A DNA stretch of 63,941 nt, the filler included, from Collodictyon triciliatum (taxonomy: Eukaryota): assembly GCA_043381765.1 (NCBI GenBank). It is 7 parts of 7 records of this genome, joined end to end, with 100 filler letters (N's around TTAATTAATTAA, not from the genome) between each part and the next. Parts side by side here need not be neighbours in the genome. Positions count along the whole stretch, not along the records: positions 50,478 to 60,758 come from JBHJMP010000055.1; positions 60,859 to 63,941 come from JBHJMP010000111.1; 5 more parts are not named here. One strand, 5' to 3'. Under the pieces are notes generated by a model. That model searched no databases and was not told the origin of the DNA. It was given only the letters and a program-made list of their open reading frames with translations. The translations under genes and the position numbers were made by a program. Below, in pieces: positions 59,453 to 63,941 of this stretch (position 1 is the first letter of the stretch; every line of letters starts with the position of its first letter).

Positions 59453-60463
59453 ATCTTCTTGCCAAAGGAAGACACTATGTTAATGTAAACTATTAATTCA
59501 ATCTTCATCGTTCATTTTCCTCAGCTTTCTTTTTGTACTGCTCTCTTAAAACGCTGAAGCATCAAGTGTAGAGAAAGGGTGGAATTTTTCTGATTTTGAT
59601 ATTACCATTTGCCCAATGTCGAGTAGATATCAATTACAGCTTCAGGTGCAATATTTCTTTCGTTGTGAAAATCTGATATTGGATTATACCCTATTTTCCA
59701 CATATGTTTCAGCAACGTCTTCCAATATTGGTTCACTTCTTTGAATGTGATGCTTCCGTCGATCAGGCGGGCGTGATTCAGCAGATGCGCCTTTGGCGGG
59801 CAAAAAAAACAAGACGCAGCCGGGCGAAGCGCCAACAACGCCACAACTCGATCACTCTTCTCTTCTCTTCTCTTCTCTTCTCTTCTCTTCTCTTTTCTTT
59901 TCTTTTCTTTTCTTTTCTTTTCTTTTCTTATCTTATCTTTTCTTCTCTTCTCTTCTCTTTTCTTTATTTCGTTCGAACCACGTCTGGCGCGCTGTACCAA
60001 CTCGTTAAGAAAAACAAACCAATACGACGACCTCACCCGTTCGTGATGTTGACGGGAATAGTTCGCTTTGGTTCTCTTTTTTTTCTTCTTTTTTCCATTT
60101 TTCCGGCTTGAAGAAATCAAACTGTCACAATTGTTGTTCTAATTCAACCGACGTTTTTGATCGCCGTTGGCTATAGCAAAAAACCCCAAAAACCCCAAAA
60201 AAACCCCAAAAAAACCAAAAAACCCAAAAAAACCAGCCAGGGTAGAGAAAGAAAATACAAATGAATAAATGTTAACTTTGGGTCTATTTGAACAAAATAC
60301 TCTCAGATGCGTGTTAAAAAAATCTATTGCCGACATGCACGTTTTCTTTTCTACTCAGACTGAAAGCTTACACAAACTTAACAATTCAAGACTTAGATTT
60401 ATCCATCGCTGTCTTTGTTTCGGTCTTGTTTCATTCGAAAGACTCTATCTCAGTCATATCTGA

Positions 60464-60545
60464 ATGGCTGTCGAGATTCGTGTTGCTGGAAAATATCGTC
60501 TCTCCAGAAGAATCGGAGGTGGATCTTTCGGTGATATTTACCTCG
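60464..60545 (+). CDS. Casein kinase I, first exon only (scaffold ends)
   Basis: [27 protein letters not shown](G) followed by a GT donor. Confidence 0.85.
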
Positions 60546-61110
60546 GTTTGTCTACTTTAATTTGAATAATCTGAAGGCTGACAGCTGCCCAAACATTAGC
60601 GTGTCACTATCCAATGCACACACAATAAATATCTATAAAAGTAATATTAATGTTTATATCAATAATAATAATCATAATAATAATCATAATAATAATCATA
60701 ATAATAATCATAATAATAATCATAATAATAATCATAATAATAATCATAATAATAATCANNNNNNNNNNNNNNNNNNNNNNNNNNNNNNNNNNNNNNNNNN
60801 NNTTAATTAATTAANNNNNNNNNNNNNNNNNNNNNNNNNNNNNNNNNNNNNNNNNNNNATTACAATTACAATTACAATTACAATTACAATTACAATTACA
60901 ATTACAATTACAATTACAATTACAATTACAATTACAATTACAATTACAATTACAATTACAATTACAATTACAATTACAATTACAATTACAATTACAATTA
61001 CAATTACAAAATAATTATAAACATAAGCACAAAAGCAAGTATGAAGCATTTGGGGATGTTAGTTGGATTGAACAATAGATGCTATCTATAAAACATATTC
61101 ATTCATTTCA

Positions 61111-61829
61111 GATTTTAGACACTTAGCAAATAAGTCTTTCATGCTGTGTCCTTCTTAAAGTGAAAATTATTCAACAGGCATTTATCTCTATTGCAAAATC
61201 CGGACTGGGATGTTGATGCAGATGACGCATTTGTCGGAACACCGCAGTATATGTCTCCTGAAATAATATCTGTGCGTTTTTTTTCTTCCATTTTGTTGAT
61301 GCAGATATAGGTCAGGAAAATAGAATTAGCATGAATTTATTTGAAATGCTACCAATATGGAAAACTAGAACAAATTCCATCGCTATGACGAAAAGACTGA
61401 TATATGGAGCGCCGGTATTCTGCTCTACGAGTTTGCAGCTCTTCGAGTACCCTTTGAAGGAAATGTAAGGAATGAACCATTTTCCGTCATTCAATTTATC
61501 AAGCAATCACGTAGGAAAAAAAAAATGTACACACGAAATCTCCCAAAATATTTTTTTAGATAATTTTATCAAAATAATTTAACCAACATCATTTGGGTGA
61601 TGTACATATTTTTTTTTTTGAAAAATCTAAATGTATGAAAAATATTCAGAACATGCAGCAAATACTTGATAATGTGGTAAAAACATCATATGAGTCTATC
61701 CCGAAGCACTTCTCCAACGATTTGAAGGACTTGGTTCGCCTCATCCTCCGAAAGAAGCCGAGTCTACGGCCAGATATGGGTCGTATATTCTCTACTCCTA
61801 TCATATCAGCAATCTCCGAGCGAAAGTGA
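61111..61829 (+). CDS. NEK-like Ser/Thr kinase, 3' part
   Basis: AFVGTPQYMSPEI, YDEKTDIWSAGILLYEFAALRVPFEG, IPKHFSNDLKDLV..IL.K.P..RP. Confidence 0.8.
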
Positions 61830-62892
61830 ATCATCCAACTGTGCTATATGCCCACTTAGCACCTTTTAAACAAATTGTAGCCTATCTGTTCTAAAAAAAA
61901 AGAAGCAAATTTAAATATGGGAAAAGGCAACTAAATGAGAGAAAATCTTTATCTAAATTATAATTGCTATTAGCTTTCAGCAATCGTGTACAATCTTTAT
62001 AAACAAACATCGCATATCCGTTTGGAAAGCATATTAGTATTTGTACCCATAAATAGCCAATATTCAACAAGATGCAAGTGTTTTAATTGGTGCTTTCGGG
62101 AGATTTTATCTCCGTATTACATACATTATGTGAATATCGATATCTTTGTTTCTTTCTGAAAAAAAAACAAATAAATCATTTGCGATTTCAAGTGAAGGAA
62201 AAAAATGAAAAAGAAAACCTTGCATGAATATGAAGCCTTATGCATTTGTCTAATGGATTGTGATGACGAAATCGAAATGTGTTCTTGGGAAATAGCTCGC
62301 TTTCGTTTCTTGTCTATTTACACCAGTTTTGATAGCAAACCTCAGAAAGGGACTCGCCGCTTGCATTTTACCAACAGTAGCCATTTTTGAGATAAAGTCC
62401 TTTCTTTAGTTTAAACAATAACAAAATCTTCGTCAATCATCTTGCACAAATTGAAAGGGAGAATAAAAATAAGATAAAATAAAAACATCAACAAAATCTT
62501 TACTGCACTCATTCACATATATTTATCTCATCGCCACACCAATATTACACTTATTTCATAAAAATTAATAAATAATATGGACATAGACTCGCAGTAGCTT
62601 TCAATTAATCCTGTATCACGACCATGCAAACAGCACTTTATAAGCAAACCAAAAGGTATGTTTTGAGATAGCGTCTATTTATATTTAGAGTCTAGATGAA
62701 AGGAGAAGATAAAAGAGAAAATCATTTGACGCACCATGAAAATATACGACAGGGGTTTCTCATTTTCACAACTGGTTTCTTTTCAGGTAATCTATCCCTA
62801 CTGATATACGGGGGGTTTTTTTTGAAGATAAAAGACAAAGAAAAATTGATGTCTGAATCCTATACTACGTCCGTTGATACATGAAACGAAAG

Positions 62893-63579
62893 TCACCGAG
62901 TTTGCTTGAGTCTGGATAGAAAATCCTCGAAGGAGATGTTTTTGTCAGCCGCACGAATTAATAGAGGGAATCCGTTTTTCCGCAGATACATGTTTGCCAG
63001 GAGCCGACTTGTGCGCCCGTTTCCATCCTCGAAAGGGTGTATGTAGTAGACAAATGCAGAGTATGCATAATACGACTGTATTGCTGGATGGCGACGGCCC
63101 ATTTCGGCGCTAGTGAGAACACTTTGCATGTATTGCATGGCGGACGGAATCTCCTCGGGCGGCAAGAAGACGCGATAGAATTGATAATTGTACACAGACC
63201 CAACAACCACAGCCGTGCGATATTGAGCTTTCTTTACGTCTCCGTCCAAGTTCAAAGACTCGTGTATTCTCATGATGTTATCGACTGTGAACATATGTGG
63301 CGTCTGGAGGATGTCATTGACCAGGTTTGTCGTGAGGGCAATGCACTGGTTTTGGAGATGGTCTCTGGAGGTCTGGTGAAAGCTGTTCGATAAGGATTAT
63401 TTTAGTCAACTGTTAATGAAATAAAAAAAGAATGAGAAAAAAAAGGTGATAGTATTCTAGCACGACAGTTGTCTTTTTTAAAACAGGTTTTTTTTTCTGA
63501 TTTTTGTGGAAAGTTAAGCAGGAACCCTCCGGTCCCTGTATTTGGCCTCATCCCAACAACGTCTGCGACATCTCGAAGG
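62893..63579 (-). CDS. Fic/DOC-domain protein (putative AMP transferase); 5' part outside the window
   Basis: Complete Fic motif HPFEDGNGRTSR. An upstream exon 63526-63579 joins in phase 2 to the exon starting near 63382. Confidence 0.88.
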
Positions 63580-63649
63580 CTAAAGGCTAATAAGAAATCG
63601 GTATATATAAAAATTCGACAATTTCTATGAGAAATAGCGATTTGATGCA

Positions 63650-63941
63650 CAACAACCGAACAACAACCGAACAACAACCAGAATAACAACCAGAACAACA
63701 ACCAGAACAACAACCAGAATAACAACCAGAATAACAACCAGAATAACAACCAGAATAACAACCAGAATAACAACCAGAATAACAACCAGAATAACAACCA
63801 GAATAACAACAACAACCAGAACAACAACAACAACAACCAGAATAACAACCAGAACAACAACCAGAATAACAACCAGAATAACAACCAGAATAACAACCAG
63901 AATAACAACCAGAATAACAACCAGAATAACAACCAGAATAA
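63650..63941. repeat. (AACAACCAGAAT)n 12-bp intronic minisatellite
   Basis: Directly visible. Confidence 0.95.

Noticed and set aside
59602..60120. Minus-strand ORF between the tRNA and the CK1 exon
   Set aside because: It is largely simple repeat with no recognisable domain or consistent splice model.
63402..63932. Low-complexity ORFs (LLFW)n, (MYVC)n, poly-F/K and similar in the ORF track
   Set aside because: They are translations of microsatellites or of N gaps.

Overview
This is AT-rich, intron-rich eukaryotic DNA, probably from a protist. An amoebozoan-like origin is an inference from gene content. The window is seven separate scaffolds joined by artificial N44-TTAATTAATTAA-N44 linkers, so gene neighbourhoods across linkers mean nothing. 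Recognisable spliced genes are a FERRY3/C12orf4-like protein, a TKL kinase fused to a degenerate class III nucleotide cyclase, a CPRas-like Sec23/24 zinc-finger-vWA protein without Ras, calnexin, a cysteine-less thioredoxin-fold protein, Sec24, an LRR protein, an atypical GHMP kinase, a WW-MyTH4-RhoGAP (ARHGAP39-like), COMMD9, a two-repeat Myb, a disabled PP2C, HIBADH, HGD, a CK1 first exon, a NEK-like 3' end and a Fic AMPylase. There is also a tRNA-Leu(TAA). The most notable points are: (1) the FERRY3 gene is split by a 5.8-kb block bounded by a duplicated flank, probably a scaffolding error; (2) an unclassified dispersed repeat, with a palindromic 29-bp tandem array beside one copy; (3) several pseudo-enzymes; (4) relaxed splice signals (GC donors, A-rich acceptors). 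I did not find a convincing new multi-gene system. All family assignments are from recalled motifs, not database searches.
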